Source of the DNA: Bdellovibrionales bacterium
GTDB taxonomy: Bacteria; Bdellovibrionota; Bdellovibrionia; Bdellovibrionales; UBA1609
DNA: 64,000 nucleotides
Direction: 5' to 3'
NCBI GenBank assembly: GCA_965219095.1
Contig: OZ244719.1
Span: 637,327 to 701,326 of the forward strand
Every line of letters starts with the position of its first letter. Within the stretch, counting starts at the first letter, position 1. Shown here piece after piece: positions 27,556 through 36,699 of the stretch. The notes under the pieces are model-generated. The model had not been told where the DNA came from, made no database searches, and saw only the letters and a program-made list of their open reading frames with translations. Both the position numbers and the translations under genes were made by a program.

Positions 27556-28905
27556 TTGTGTTGTATCACAACATCTTGCCAAAGCGTAAACCTCAATTCT
27601 CATGGATACATTCGTGACCCTATACGTCGATCCTCTTTAGATCACCTTGAAAGTGAAAGATACAATTATGTTTCTATTGTACAGGGTTATACTAACGAAG
27701 AAAAAACCCATATCTCTATAGTCACAGGCCAAAAAAATCGTTATTTTGTTTATGAAAAAGGAAATTCTCGTACAAGAAGAGAAGTCAAGCCTTTTAAGAC
27801 AGTGACCTTTCGTAATTGGAGGATTCTAAAACTTAAAATCTCAGGATTGTCGTTAAAAAAAAGTTACATTTTAGAGGTTATTGATGAAAATCTTCAGGTT
27901 ATAGACGAAAGGGTTTTTAAAGCCCTTGATCTTTCTAAGGCTAACCCTACTATTGTTGTAGGCTCTTGTATTCATGATGGAAAGCAAGTCTTTCAACAAA
28001 AAACTCTTTGGTCGAATATTATTTATCATAAACCTGATGTTATTTTTCTTATAGGAGACAATGTATATGTAGATTCCAGTTATCGACTCAAACGTATTGC
28101 TAAAGAGGCTGTAAATCCTCAACGGATGTTTAAACGTTATATAGAAACAAGACTGCATGTTCCTTTTTACTATAGTCGTACGTTATTTCCTACTTTAGCA
28201 GTTTGGGATGATCATGATTTTGGAATTAACGATGGTGATAGTTCTTTTCGGTACGCAAAAGAAAGCAAGAGGGTTTTTGAACTTTTTTGGGCACAAAAGC
28301 CTTTAGAAAAAGGGCCTGGGGTTTCCTCTTTGTTTTCAGCTTTTGGACAAAATTTTCTCTTTTTAGATAACCGCTCTTTCAGGAGTTCTCCTGAAAATCA
28401 AATTCAATCCCATTTTGGTGAACTCCAAGAAAAATGGCTTACGAGACAATTACAAAAGCATAAAAAACCATCATGGCTTATTTCTGGAGGACAATTTTTT
28501 GGAGGCGTTTATCCGTGGGAAAGCTATGAGAGAAACCATCCTCAAGCGTTTGTAAAGTTCAAAAACAGGTTAAAGAGATTCTCTCAACCTCTTTTGTTTC
28601 TTTCCGGAGATAGACATTTTAGTGAAATCATGAGAGTTTTTAAAACAGACATAGCTCAAGAGACTTTTGAAATTACAACAAGCCCCCTACACAGCTTCCT
28701 TTATCCTAACCATTGGAAGACCTACCCTAACCCAAGACAAATAGTAGGAAAAGCCTCTATGATTAATTATACTGTTTTAAAACCTCGTGTGGAATTTATT
28801 AGAAAAGAAGATTTAGGAGGTAATATAAAAGTACAAGTTACAGTTTATGGTGTTGGTAAAAAGATTTTATTTCAAGAAAACTTGACAATTTTAGGTAAAA
28901 TTTAA
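27556..28905 (+). CDS. PhoD-like metallophosphatase
   Basis: IGDNVYVD, WDDHDFGINDGD and LSGDRHFSE motifs. The frame is open upstream to 27502, and CTG at 27520 would add a hydrophobic signal-like KLFHHFIFFSFL, so the true start is uncertain. Confidence 0.75.
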   Translation: MCCITTSCQSVNLNSHGYIRDPIRRSSLDHLESERYNYVSIVQGYTNEEKTHISIVTGQKNRYFVYEKGNSRTRREVKPFKTVTFRNWRILKLKISGLSLKKSYILEVIDENLQVIDERVFKALDLSKANPTIVVGSCIHDGKQVFQQKTLWSNIIYHKPDVIFLIGDNVYVDSSYRLKRIAKEAVNPQRMFKRYIETRLHVPFYYSRTLFPTLAVWDDHDFGINDGDSSFRYAKESKRVFELFWAQKPLEKGPGVSSLFSAFGQNFLFLDNRSFRSSPENQIQSHFGELQEKWLTRQLQKHKKPSWLISGGQFFGGVYPWESYERNHPQAFVKFKNRLKRFSQPLLFLSGDRHFSEIMRVFKTDIAQETFEITTSPLHSFLYPNHWKTYPNPRQIVGKASMINYTVLKPRVEFIRKEDLGGNIKVQVTVYGVGKKILFQENLTILGKI

Positions 28906-28906
28906 A

Positions 28907-29296
28907 ATGAGTGGCATTTTTCAAAAAATTATTGATGGCAAACTTCCTTCTTATAAGATCTTTGAAGATGAGTGGACTTATTCTTTTTTAAGCAATCGTC
29001 CTATAAAAAAAGGGCATACTCTTGTGATTCCCAAAATAGAGATGGATTATTTTCCTGATGTTCCTGAGCCTTATTACTCTAAAGTTTTTGAAAATGCTAA
29101 AATCATAGCGAAAGCTTTAAAAAAAGCCACACAGTGTAAAAGAGTATCGACAGCCATTTTAGGTTATGAGATTCCACACTTTCATTATCATCTCGTTCCT
29201 ACATGGAGTCTTTTTGACTTAGATTTTACAAAAGCTAAAGGGGATACAGAAGCCTCTTTTCTAGAGGTTCAAAAGAAAATAAAATCTTTTTTATAG
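28907..29296 (+). CDS. HIT-family hydrolase
   Basis: KGHTLVIPK and the histidine triad HFHYHLVP. Confidence 0.85.
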   Translation: MSGIFQKIIDGKLPSYKIFEDEWTYSFLSNRPIKKGHTLVIPKIEMDYFPDVPEPYYSKVFENAKIIAKALKKATQCKRVSTAILGYEIPHFHYHLVPTWSLFDLDFTKAKGDTEASFLEVQKKIKSFL

Positions 29297-29343
29297 TGTC
29301 TTTGGTTATAAATTTTAAGGTATCTATTTTTTTGTTATTCTAC

Positions 29344-29535
29344 GGCTTTGTTGCAGGCTAAGCCTCTAAGCTTAACTAAGGTCTAGCAATTCATTGATAA
29401 ACACAAGATGCTTTCCTGTAACCTAAGACCCTTAGAAATAAAAAACAAGTATGGTTTGGAGGTTTTATGGGAAAATGTCTCAAAAAGATCGATTGGAGAA
29501 AATATAAAAAGAGATCATTAAGCAACTTGGAGTGG
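29344..29535 (+). mobile_element. IS903-like left-end remnant
   Basis: GGCTTTGTTGCAGGCTAAGCC... is collinear with 10494-10575 plus 12020-12110, i.e. the un-interrupted version of that IS end. Truncated at about 29535. Confidence 0.75.
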
Positions 29536-29569
29536 TTTAAATTTATTTTTAGATAATGAGAAAATTCCT

Positions 29570-29806
29570 ATGACAAACAATGAGGCAGAAAGAACGATTC
29601 GACATTCTGTGATGGGAAGAAAGAACTTTCATGGGTCAAGGACTCAGAGAGGGTCTGAAACAGCAATAACGCTTTACATTATTGTGGAAAGTTGTAAGAA
29701 GGTGGAATTGGATCCTAAGGACTATGTTTTAATGACTGTGGAAAACTCCCTCGATAAAATACCTGTTAAAACGCCTCTTGAGTATACAAGAGAGTTTCGT
29801 TCTTAA
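29570..29806 (+). pseudogene. IS66 transposase (TnpC) C-terminal fragment
   Basis: MTNNEAERTIRHSVMGRKNFHGSRTQRGSETAITLYIIVESCKKVELDPKDYV matches the conserved IS66 TnpC C-terminus (NN.AER.iR....GRKN.lF..S..G). Confidence 0.8.
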
Positions 29807-31076
29807 AAGAATAAAACACAAAGAAAATCAAAATACAAAAAAAAACGTAACTGCTCACCCCTTTAAGTTTTTATTTAAAGCCATAGAGATGGCTTCTAAA
29901 GAAGAATACCCTCTATTTCTCATTGTTTTAACATAGCTGGTAATGCGACAAAAATATTTCGCCATTTCTTCTGTTCTGAAACACCCTGACACTTTCTTTT
30001 TCACCTTAGTCATTCTTAGATTTCTTTCAGCTCTGTTATTAGTAGGATCTACGTTCTTTCTTTTAGCAAAACACAGTATTTCTGCTTCATACTTTTTAAA
30101 TCGCAGCCAAAGGTTTTGAGCTTGTGTATGCTTTATTCGTCCTTTCTTGCCATTTTTCTTAGGAAATTCTGGAAGCTCTTTTAAGCCTTTTGTAAGAATA
30201 CTCCTATACCTTCCTGAAATCTGTTAATTTTGGTACTAGGTTTCAGGACTAAGAGCCTGTTTTTTTCAACAGAATACTCATGATAAATCATAAGAACGAG
30301 TTAATTTAGTCTCATTGAGTTTTTCTGGAGAACTTATAACACACTGTTTTTATAGGTTTTTTTAAAGCTATGTTTTTCATAGGCTCTATTTTTGGATTGA
30401 AATTTGATTCTGTCGTTAAGAGTTTTGAGCCATCAATAGGGAGTTGACAAAGCCCCTAAAACATAGTTCAAATTGAACTATGTCTTATAGGTATGAAGAG
30501 AAAAGAAATGGAAGCATCTATGTATATGAGATAAGCAGCTACTGGGACAAAGAAAAAAAACAATCTCGTCAGAGAAGAGTTTATTTGGGCAAGAAGAATC
30601 AATCTACGGGGAGGCTTGAAGCCAAGTTGAACAAACATCCTATAGGTTCTGTAGGTGTTGGGGGGGGGTGCATCTTTTGCGAGAGATCAGCAAGCAATTA
30701 AATTTAGTGAAGGTGTTAAAGAAAGTTTTTCCGAAAGAATATGAGAAGGTTCTTTATTTGTCTTTTTTTAAAGTAATTAGGGGGGAAGCTTATTATCTTT
30801 ATCCGTATTGGTGTCAAGAATCTTTTGTTTCTTCCAAGAATTGTCTTAATTCACCGGACATAAGTAATTTTCTTTTATCTATAGGTTTAGACGAGCAGAG
30901 AGTGGAGAGATTTTTTATGGAGTGGATTGGTGTACACAGAGAAAGCTCCAGAGTTTTTATGTTTGATATTACATCTATATCTTCTTATGGTGTTGAGAAT
31001 GAGTTTTTAGAAAGGGGTTATAATCGAGATGGTGAGTCTTTGGATCATGATCTTCCCCCAAAAAAGTGGACAGTTT

Positions 31077-31943
31077 TTATGTTCTTAAAGCCCTCCTTTG
31101 TTTAAATTCTTTTGGGCTCATGTATTTCAAGGAAGAATGCATTCTTACCTTGTTATACCAATCCATGTAAATTGCAATTTTTTTCTCCAACTCTTCCTTC
31201 GTTGTACAGTCTTTGTATTCCAGTTCATCCTTCAACGTATGGAAAAAGCTCTCCACAAACGCATTATCATAACAATTTCCTTTCCTAGACATAGATTGCT
31301 TGAGGCCAAAGAATTTCAATTCTTTTCTAAACCCTTCACAACAATATTGAACCCCTTGATCCGAGTGGATTATCAAGCCCTCTAAGTTCCCAGAAACAGA
31401 TTGGACTGCGGCTCTCAGAGCCTGTTTTGAATGAACCCCGTCCAAGCTCTCACAGAGCTTCCAAGACTTAATCTCTCGATTATAGACATCTAAAAATACA
31501 ACCAAATACAGAAATTTATCTCTAAAAGGAATATAGGTTAAATCCGAACACCATACCTGGTTTTCTTTTCCTGCTTGGCTCTGTCCTGTCTTAAACAACC
31601 GAGGAGACTTAATCATGAGAGGGTTATTCTTTGTTGTTCTAGGAACATAGGGTTTTTTCTGACGGGCACTGAGATTCTTTAGTTTCATAATTCGAGCTAC
31701 TTTGTTTTCTCCAGCACTCACTCCGCAACGCTTTAATTCCCTATACACCCTGGGGGAACCATAACAGCCTTTATTTTTTTTAAAAATAGATTCTATGTTT
31801 TTCTCCAGATTTTTATCCTTTTCAAGCTTTCCCCTGGTTTTTAAAAAACTATAAAAACCAGAACGAGATCCTCTTAATAATTCGCAGATGCGAAGCACTG
31901 GATGCCCTTTCTCTTTTACATAAAACATAGCCTTAAATCTCAT
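31077..31943 (-). CDS. IS3 OrfB (DDE integrase core)
   Basis: WCSDLTYI, IIHSDQGVQY and GNCYDNAFVESFFHTLKDE form the DDE triad with typical spacing. ATGA overlap with OrfA. Confidence 0.9.
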   Translation of the reverse strand: MRFKAMFYVKEKGHPVLRICELLRGSRSGFYSFLKTRGKLEKDKNLEKNIESIFKKNKGCYGSPRVYRELKRCGVSAGENKVARIMKLKNLSARQKKPYVPRTTKNNPLMIKSPRLFKTGQSQAGKENQVWCSDLTYIPFRDKFLYLVVFLDVYNREIKSWKLCESLDGVHSKQALRAAVQSVSGNLEGLIIHSDQGVQYCCEGFRKELKFFGLKQSMSRKGNCYDNAFVESFFHTLKDELEYKDCTTKEELEKKIAIYMDWYNKVRMHSSLKYMSPKEFKQRRALRT

Positions 31944-32245
31944 TTCAGGATTTCCTTTGAAAAAAAAGCCGCTGCCTCTTTCAATATACCTACACTCCGC
32001 CTCTCATAGACCAGCTCCTTTTTTAACCTCTTTATTTCCTCCAATGCCGAAGCCAAGTCATGGGAAGCTTGTCTTTCTACTTCAGGCTTTAGAAAACGCT
32101 TCCAAGAGCTTATCACTTGGAAATTTCTCAGTCCTAGCTTCTCTGAGGCTTCCTTTGCACCTATTTCCTCTGCCAATTCAATGGCTTGCTTTTTAAACTC
32201 TTCCGAGTACTGTTTTACTTTTTCCATTCTTTCTTTTACCTCCAT
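31940..32245 (-). CDS. IS3 OrfA (HTH)
   Basis: 101 aa, HTH plus leucine-zipper-like C-terminus. T-rich run GCTTTTTTTTC just before its stop could serve as the -1 slippery site giving OrfAB. Confidence 0.85.
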   Translation of the reverse strand: MEVKERMEKVKQYSEEFKKQAIELAEEIGAKEASEKLGLRNFQVISSWKRFLKPEVERQASHDLASALEEIKRLKKELVYERRSVGILKEAAAFFSKEILK

Positions 32246-34728
32246 TTTATGGAGACTTTAAGAGAAAATTGACTGTCCGCAAAAACAGGGGAAGTTCATC
32301 AAGTCAATTTAGGAGTTTTAAGTCAGAGCAAGGAAGGTTTAGGCAAAGGAAGTTCAAGCCTTCCTTTGGGTTATCGATTGTATCCGGGCAGTATTACTGA
32401 TGTTGTGTCATTAAGGAGCGTGTTACAGTTAGCCAAGGAATACGATTTAGATTTGAAGTGTTTTGTTTTAGATAAAGGGTTTTACAGCCAAGAAAACATA
32501 AAAGATTTAAACAGGGAGGCTTCATCGTACATCGTCCCTATGAGCTTTAGTACGAGTCTATCCCATGCTTTATTGGGATCTGTGAGTAAGGAGCTTGATT
32601 CAATTCCCTCTTCGTTTGTATTCCGTGGTCAAGTTTATTCTTACTGCAGACGAGAAATTAAAATTGGAAAGACTCGTTGTATGGCTCATATATATTTGGA
32701 TGAAAAGAGAAGGGTGTCTAAAAAAAATGAAATGCTATTGAAGTTGGATTATTTTGAGCGAAGATTTTCTAAGAAGAAGTTTAGGACAAAGAAAGAGTGC
32801 GATGAGTGCATAGCAGAAACCTTAAAGAGTGCCAAGAAGCGCTTTACAGTTGTCAAGAAAAAGGGAGGTTTTTTTATTTTGAGAGATTTGGATTATATTA
32901 AAAAGCAGATGCGAAAAATGGGTGTGTTGATTTTACTTACCGATTGCGATCAAAAGCTTTCAAAAGATGAGATCTTAGAGTTGTATAGAAACAAAGATAG
33001 CATTGAAAAGATTTTTTTGTCTTTCAAGCATGATATAAATGAAAAGCGAACGAGGACTCATTCGCTACAAACCATGAGAGGAAGTTTATTTATTAACTTT
33101 ATAGCTTTAATTTTAATCTCTCACATAAATAATGTGATGAAAGAAAAGAATCTGTACAAGAAATTTTCAAAAACAGAGGTCTATAAAATTTTAGATAAAT
33201 TAAAGTTCTATAAATTGGCCACAGGACAAACAAGATTAGGAGAGTTGTCCGGTAAGCAAAAGAGCCTTTATAAAGCTTTTAATGTGACTCGGGAAATCCC
33301 ACACAGCTTTAAGTTGTAAAATCCCCTCCGACTAATGCGACGCATTACGAGGGCCGAATAAAAACCTAGTACCAAAATTAACAGAATTCAGGATACCTTC
33401 TCTGAAGAGTTTCGTACTCTTTTTGAGTCAGAACTCTTGACTCTTTTTTATGAACTAACTCCACAGTCTCTTTAAGAAGTTTTTTGAGATTTGTAGCCCA
33501 TTTGAATCCATTGCTTTCTTCTATAAATTTAAGCTCTCTCAAAAGGTGAGCCACACACAAAGCATGAGTTATCTTATCATAACAAAAGTAAGGACTCCAA
33601 CAATCATGCACAAGCACTCCTCCATATCTATCCAAGAGACCAATATCTTTTATGGCTTCCCTTCCACCTGAAAGGTGGAGAAACTGCAAGACTAATTCTC
33701 CTGAACTATAAGTATGAATCCAGTAGTTTTTACCCTTAACCCTCATAGAGGTCTCATCAACATGAATGACCTCTGATTCAAGTATCTTTTCTTTCATCTG
33801 CTCTTCCCAACTTTTAAGAAACTCTCCTAATTCAGCAATGTATCTCAACATAACTGCAGGAGAAATCATTCGACCTATAAGCCCCATGTAATGTTCCCCA
33901 ACACGTTGAAAAGACAGCATCTGAACTATAATGAAATTGATGATGGAAGCTCTAATGCCTATACCATACTGAAGAGGACCACTCATACCTTTAGGGAATT
34001 GACCTTTATTTCTAGCTCCACATGAGGGACAATCCTTAACTTCAGAAGTTACAGTATGGGTCTGAATTTCATAAAAAATATCAATCTTTTTACGCTTCTC
34101 AAGGCTTTTTACCTCTGCTGTCTTTAAAAACATCCCACACTGAGAACACTCTGAGGGAGAGACAGTCTCCTCACTGTTTGTATCTTTACTGTTATCAAGT
34201 CTAGAGCCCTTTTTCTGACTCCCACTAGCTTTCTTATTACGATTCCCTTGACGACTAAAATCTTGCGAAGGAGGAAGACCGCTGTTGCTGGAATTTTTTC
34301 GAACCTGTTTTTCTAAAAGCACAGCAATCAGAATGTTCACAACCTTAAAGAGAGATTCAAAAACCACAGAAATCTCAGTAGGCACAGAACCTTTCTTTGC
34401 AAACTTATCAAAGTCACTTCTTATATTTTCAATCTCATTTCTGATGGAGGTCTTATTTATTGTCATTTGAAAAAAGTATTTAAAAGAAAATCTGTAAGAG
34501 CAAGACTTTTATCTTAAAACAGGTCTAAAGTTAGGGATAACTGAACAATGTAGGTGAGCAGTTACAAAAAAACTAGAAATCATTCACAAGAACTTCTCTA
34601 TATTTTTGTAATAGGGAAGACCTTAGGAAAATGTACAATAAGATCAATAAAAACTTCTCCTTTAAAATCTAAGAAACATCCTCCTCGTAGGAATCAAGGG
34701 CTGTTAAAAAACCGACTTACTCTTAAAA

Positions 34729-34800
34729 TACTTATTTAAAAAAGATAAAGGAGGGAAGAGATGTTTTTAAAGACTATCCTAAATAACTGATTGCATTTCA
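34729..34800 (+). mobile_element. ISL3 5'-region fragment
   Basis: CTTAAAATACTTATTTAAAAAAGATAAAGGAGGGAAGAGATGTTTTTAAAGACTATCCTAAAT matches 39628-39700, the leader and start of the ISL3 transposase. Confidence 0.65.
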
Positions 34801-34964
34801 AAACCCACACATAGAGAGGAGGGTCAGAGTTTTTGTCAAAATGTTTTGATAACATAGAGTCCTATGTAAACAATATTTTTTATGGAAGCCTTGTTATCAA
34901 AAAAAGAGCTTTGTTGCACGCTGAGCCTTCAGTAACAAGAAGAATGGGGTTAAAAACAACTCCA

Positions 34965-35783
34965 TTAAAAGAGAATTGTTTGTTTTGATTTTCTTAAATT
35001 ATAAGATAAAGTTTGAAGAGCTAGGATGATTAGGAATAAAAGGAAGGCTGGAAAAAGTATTACATAGAAAGAGCCTGTATAGAAATGACCCCAACCATCA
35101 CTCATAAGAACTCCTAAACTGGCTTCAGGAGGTTCAAATCCTAAACCTATAAAGCTTAAAAAACTTTCAAATAAAATGTGTGCTGGCAATTGAAAAATAA
35201 ACAAAGCCCATAAAAGGGATTTCAAATTAGGGGCAAGATGAAAAAAGATGATTCTAAAGTTGTTAGCCCCTAAGGCTTTAGCCGATTCTATAAAGCTCAT
35301 CTCTTTCATTTGAAGCACTTGTCCTCTCATCACTCTAGCCGTAGTCCTCCATCCTATTAAACTTAAAGTGATACAAAGAATAAAATAACTGTTTACTTGT
35401 CCTTCATACATATTTTCTAAAATCACCTTAAATAAAAGTAAAAGCACAAGAGTCGGTAGAGAAGAAAAAAACTCTACTCCTCTCATTAAAATCTCATCCC
35501 ATCTGCCCCCCATCCATCCTGAAAAAATACCATAGAAAAAACCTATCAAAACTGCTAAAAGGCTACTTATAAAGCCTAGTGAAAAAGAAAGGCGACTAGC
35601 ATAAAATGTTCTGGACAAAACATCTCTTCCTAAATCATCAGTACCCATAAGATGAAGCCAACTTGGTGCTTCTAAGACTTTATCTATATTTTGCTCATTA
35701 GAAGAATAAGGAGCCCATAGATCGACTGTTAAGCATAGAAGAAAAAAAATAACTAAAAACCAAAAACTTTTTTTATACCTCAT
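34965..35783 (-). CDS. peptide/nickel ABC transporter permease (OppC/DppC-like)
   Basis: Six transmembrane segments; EAA-like loop IESAKALGANNFRIIFFHLAPN. Confidence 0.85.
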   Translation of the reverse strand: MRYKKSFWFLVIFFLLCLTVDLWAPYSSNEQNIDKVLEAPSWLHLMGTDDLGRDVLSRTFYASRLSFSLGFISSLLAVLIGFFYGIFSGWMGGRWDEILMRGVEFFSSLPTLVLLLLFKVILENMYEGQVNSYFILCITLSLIGWRTTARVMRGQVLQMKEMSFIESAKALGANNFRIIFFHLAPNLKSLLWALFIFQLPAHILFESFLSFIGLGFEPPEASLGVLMSDGWGHFYTGSFYVILFPAFLLFLIILALQTLSYNLRKSKQTILF

Positions 35784-36693
35784 ACTTTATCCTAGGGTCT
35801 AAGAGCAAATAGGAAAGATCAATTAAGTAGTTTACAAAACAAAGTATAAAAGAAAAAATAAATACACAAGCTAAGATTAAAGGATAATCACGAGTGAAAA
35901 TACTCAAGGTCATTTGAGAGCCTAGACCAGGTATAGCAAAAATTTTTTCTACAACAAATGAGCCTGTTAAAATGCCTGAAAAAAGAGAGCCTGAGTAGCT
36001 TAAGACCGGCAAGATGGCGTTTCTAAGAATATGTTTAAAAAGAACTTGAGTCACAGAAAGACCTTTTGAAAAGGCTGTTTGAACATAAGGTTCTTTTATC
36101 TGATCCACAAAATTAAAATAAGTCAATTGAGCTATAAAAGCCATAGGTCTTAAGGACAAGCACATCACAGGTAAAATAAAATGAGAAGGTGTACCCCAAA
36201 GAGCTACAGGAAGCCATTTGAGTTGAAGGCTGAACAATAAGATAGCAAAAGCAGCCACTAAAAAGTTGGGTAAAGAAGCTCCTAGAACACAAAAAAAGAC
36301 CACAAACTTTTCAGGCCATTTGTTATGATATAAAAAACCTATAAACCCTAAAAAAATACCTAAAGAGTAACAAACCAAAAGAGTAACAAATCCTAGCTTT
36401 AAACTCTCAGTAAAAGATTCTTTTAAAATTGCACCCACGTCATAACCTTGATGGAAATAAGATTTTCCAAAATGTCCCTTCAATAAAGATAGGAAATAGT
36501 GCTGATATTGTACCCATAAAGTTTCATCCAATTGATATTGAATCTCTAATTGTTTTTTAACAACTTGATCCAAAGGCCTTTCTTCTTCAAAAGCAGATCC
36601 TGGAAGATATCTTAAAAGAAAAAAGTTGGCTGTTAAAATAAGCCAAAGAATGAAAATAAAGCTGAGGGTTCTTTTAAAAAGATAATTTAACAT
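35773..36693 (-). CDS. peptide/nickel ABC transporter permease (OppB/DppB-like)
   Basis: MLNYLFKRTL...-type N-terminus; EAA loop YVQTAFSKGLSVTQVLFKHILRNA. Confidence 0.85.
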   Translation of the reverse strand: MLNYLFKRTLSFIFILWLILTANFFLLRYLPGSAFEEERPLDQVVKKQLEIQYQLDETLWVQYQHYFLSLLKGHFGKSYFHQGYDVGAILKESFTESLKLGFVTLLVCYSLGIFLGFIGFLYHNKWPEKFVVFFCVLGASLPNFLVAAFAILLFSLQLKWLPVALWGTPSHFILPVMCLSLRPMAFIAQLTYFNFVDQIKEPYVQTAFSKGLSVTQVLFKHILRNAILPVLSYSGSLFSGILTGSFVVEKIFAIPGLGSQMTLSIFTRDYPLILACVFIFSFILCFVNYLIDLSYLLLDPRIKYEV

Positions 36694-36699
36694 TCATCA

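Larger units (their letters stand above)
31048..32298 (-). mobile_element. IS3-family element, apparently intact
   Basis: TG...CA termini (TGATCTTCCCCCAAAAAAGTGGACAGT and ACTGTCCGCAAAAACAGGGGAAGTTCA). 3-bp TCA duplication (31045-47 and 32299-301). Both ORFs are open. Confidence 0.9.
30480..33319 (+). pseudogene. IS1634-like transposase: frameshift at a G9 tract plus IS3 insertion
   Basis: MSYRYEEKRNGSIYVYEISSYWDKEKK... The frame changes at G9 (30660-30668). ...ERGYNRDGESLD is cut at 31047 and resumes at 32299 as QVNLGVL...LYPGSITDV...VLDKGFYS. Confidence 0.8.
30213..33392 (+). mobile_element. IS4/IS1634-superfamily element, itself interrupted
   Basis: Inverted repeats CCTGAA(A/T)TCTGTTAATTTTGGTACTAGGTTT. 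7-bp duplication ATACCTT (30206-12 and 33393-99). About 1.93 kb without the nested IS3. Confidence 0.85.
29855..34466 (-). pseudogene. IS66-family transposase split into 33393..34466 and 29855..30212
   Basis: The N-terminal part has CPSCG zinc-ribbon motifs and DETSMRV...WIHTY. The C-terminal part (reverse complement of 29855-30212) reads ...DPTNNRAERNLRMTKVKKKVSGCFRTEEMAKYF. In-silico excision restores ...LQRRY|RSILTKG. Confidence 0.85.
29847..34565 (-). mobile_element. single-ORF IS66-family (ISBst12-like) element, itself interrupted
   Basis: Terminal repeats GTAACTGCTCACC at both ends. 8-bp direct duplication AAAAAAAC (29839-46 and 34566-73). About 1.53 kb after removing the nested insertion. 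Confidence 0.85.
29540..34727 (+). mobile_element. 3' remnant of a canonical IS66-family element, split by a later insertion
   Basis: 29570..29806 encodes the TnpC C-terminus. The tail continues at 34566-34727 and ends ...CCGACTTAC (reverse complement GTAAGTCGG, an IS66-type terminus). The contiguous version is at 49366-49805. Confidence 0.75.
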
